Origin: Fimbriimonadales bacterium
GTDB lineage: Bacteria; Armatimonadota; Fimbriimonadia; Fimbriimonadales; ATM1
Reading direction: 5' to 3'
Assembly (NCBI GenBank): GCA_051003155.1
Contig: JBPCLO010000001.1
Location: forward strand, 1 to 49,372
Length of the DNA: 49,372 nucleotides
The first letter of the stretch is position 1. Each line of letters begins with the position of its first letter. A model generated the notes under the pieces. It was not told the DNA's origin and ran no database searches. It saw only the letters and a program-made list of their open reading frames with translations. Below are positions 47,579 through 49,372 of the stretch, in pieces. The translations under genes and the position numbers were made by a program.

Positions 47579-47609
47579 GATTGAAGCAGGCTCTCGGCCA
47601 GCTTCAATC
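47579..47609. terminator. Hairpin after the PEP-CTERM gene
   Basis: GATTGAAGC...GCTTCAATC inverted repeat. Confidence 0.55.
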
Positions 47610-47666
47610 TATCTCAACTGAGCGCCGCCGGACGAGGCAACCGGCGCCCTCAGTTTGGTTGGGCCC

Positions 47667-47910
47667 CTAATCGTCCAGACGTTGCAGCGGGATTTCCCGC
47701 ATGGGGGATGGCTCCGAAATCGGGCCCATGCCCATTTGCCTGAACCGGCGCACACGCTCGGCGGTCGCGGGGTGGGTGCTGAACAGGTTCGAGACTTCGT
47801 GGGCCGAAAGCTTGGCTATCGGGTTGATGATGTACATCGGGGGGGTCGCATTGTTGGCGGCTTCGAGTTCCTCCGGGTCGGCGGCGATCTTTTCCAGGGC
47901 GTCGGCCGGG
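47667..47910 (-). pseudogene. HtpX/M48 protease C-terminal remnant
   Basis: ALEKIAAD...AN.AT..MYIINP...NLFSTHP...ERV matches the HtpX C-terminus; no HEXXH or TM N-terminal part upstream. Confidence 0.75.
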
Positions 47911-48009
47911 CTTGTTTGGCCGGCACGTTCCTGTAGAACTACCCTCGCCACCGCGTTCCGGTTGTTCATGTACGAACCGCACAAAAGACGTCGCTTCCGC
48001 GAGCCGTCC

Positions 48010-48723
48010 TTATTCTTTCCACGGCCATCCCGGCACATGGAGGCGGGGAACGTGTTCAATCAGGTAGCGGATATCTCCTTTCCGTGGCCAACGTTGGTCC
48101 AACCATGTTTCCTCAAGATTCCGAAGCGACACAAGTTCACGCAACGAATCCGGCCTTGCTATCCACGTGTTCGTCAGATCCAAGAGCCTCAGTTGTTTCA
48201 GGGAAGCCAACGGCGTCAGCGAGTGCAGCTTCTGTCGCGTCCACAACGAACCGGCGACGGCAAGTTCTTCGAGCCCAACTAGGCCGTTCAACCAGTCGAG
48301 TTCATAAAGAGCGCGAATATTCTCTAGAGACAGAATCCTCAACCGGGGCAATTGACGGATGGATTCAACGTTTTGAGCACTGGGGGATGAGCCTATTTGC
48401 AAGTACCAAAGCAAGCGCTGGTTTAGGATCGGCGACAAGTCCTTAATCGAGCTCCACTTTACCGAAAGCTTTTCGAGGCGTGGAGTAAGACATGCCGCCT
48501 CGAACATCCCTTGCGAAGTTCTTGACGTGAAGAAAAGTCCCTTAAGGCTGTCAGCACGAGGCAAAAATTGACACCACTCCCGCACCAGCCTCCTCTGTTT
48601 TCTCCCATCAGCCATCTGCGTGCAACTGACGCTTATCACCTCTTCGCCCCCGTACTCCGTTACGGATTCCAAGCTGCGCGGCGGACAATCGCGTATTTGA
48701 TTCGCCAGGTAGAAGTCCGACAC
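48010..48723 (-). CDS. Leucine-rich repeat protein
   Basis: Repeated L..L..L.L units (LEKLSV, LRILSLEN, LEELAV, LRLLDLTN). Confidence 0.8.
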   Translation of the reverse strand: MSDFYLANQIRDCPPRSLESVTEYGGEEVISVSCTQMADGRKQRRLVREWCQFLPRADSLKGLFFTSRTSQGMFEAACLTPRLEKLSVKWSSIKDLSPILNQRLLWYLQIGSSPSAQNVESIRQLPRLRILSLENIRALYELDWLNGLVGLEELAVAGSLWTRQKLHSLTPLASLKQLRLLDLTNTWIARPDSLRELVSLRNLEETWLDQRWPRKGDIRYLIEHVPRLHVPGWPWKE

Positions 48724-48861
48724 GGTCTGGAAATTACCCCAGTTCGGACAGGTCGCAGGGACTAAAGGTCGTTACCTCGCCCTTTGCCCCGCAAAGCCTT
48801 CATAACGGCCTTCGGCAACCTTCTCCCATAAGGGGAAAGAATTCGTGGCAAAATTGCGCCC

Positions 48862-49372
48862 GTGATTCTCTTGGGTGGGATGGTTGCGGCGGTTTTGGTA
48901 GCCGGCGGGTTTGACGACGTAGTCGATTCGGACAGCGACGGGCTGCCGGATACCTGGGAAGTGAGCGGGCACGGGCCGATCGATCCGAAGGCGCACGGGT
49001 GCAGCCCTAAAAGGTCGGATTTCTTCTTGGTCGTCTGCCTTCGGCACGGAATGACGCAGGATAGCGTCAAGGGCACCCTCGACCAATTGAAGAAGTTTTT
49101 CGGTGCCATGCCGAACAAGAACCTCGACGGCTCCACCGGCATCAACGTGATTCCTGTTTGGGGGAACCAGGTGGAAGAGGAGGACAACGGCAAGGGCTAC
49201 CCCGACCTTTACGACCACTGCATGAAGGACTGGCGAGGAATCGGACACGGCGTGCTGCTCGATTCGAACACCGGGGGCGGCGGCCAGGCGAATCGGCCGG
49301 ATTGGGCGGGCTGCAGCAACAATTGGTGGACGATCGCGCACGAGCTCGGCCATCAGTTCGGCCTCGACCACC
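48862..49372 (+). CDS. Secreted metzincin zinc metallopeptidase (partial; runs off the window)
   Basis: Manual translation: hydrophobic leader, DSDSDGLPDTWE Ca-binding motif, ending ...TIAHELGHQFGLDH (HExxHxxGxxH). Confidence 0.85.
   Translation, partial: MILLGGMVAAVLVAGGFDDVVDSDSDGLPDTWEVSGHGPIDPKAHGCSPKRSDFFLVVCLRHGMTQDSVKGTLDQLKKFFGAMPNKNLDGSTGINVIPVWGNQVEEEDNGKGYPDLYDHCMKDWRGIGHGVLLDSNTGGGGQANRPDWAGCSNNWWTIAHELGHQFGLDH

Noticed and set aside
48772..49371. Minus-strand ORFs at the window end
   Set aside because: Antisense to the + strand metzincin frame, which carries a clear HExxHxxGxxH motif.

Overview
GC-rich bacterial chromosomal segment. Gene content (PEP-CTERM proteins, a prepilin/H-X9-DG protein, SBBP propellers with a shared C-terminal domain, two-TM AtpF) suggests Armatimonadota/Fimbriimonadia, which is inference only. 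It starts in the left end of an IS3-family element. It carries a fragmented NADH dehydrogenase cluster (nuoJK ... nuoL, no nuoM/N), tRNA-Leu(TAG), apt, tpx, an ECF sigma/anti-sigma/membrane protein/glnD unit, two trkA genes, uppS-dxr-rseP, an orphan algD-like + GT4 pair, an S9 peptidase, a GH65 lipoprotein and an ATP synthase operon that stops at atpG. Many secreted accessory genes and decayed fragments are interspersed. Highlights: (1) a secreted thioredoxin-fold protein whose apparent TGA stop probably encodes selenocysteine (G-U-S-I-stop) and is followed by a bacterial SECIS-like hairpin; (2) a family of AGTC-core heptamer repeats upstream of nuoL, inside nuoL in frame, and as an inverted pair between atpA and atpG; (3) a conserved ~150 aa C-terminal domain shared by two secreted propeller proteins; (4) an in-frame DNA-methyltransferase/PEP-CTERM chimeric remnant; (5) pervasive TAnnnT boxes 6-13 nt before start codons, indicating leaderless or near-leaderless mRNAs.
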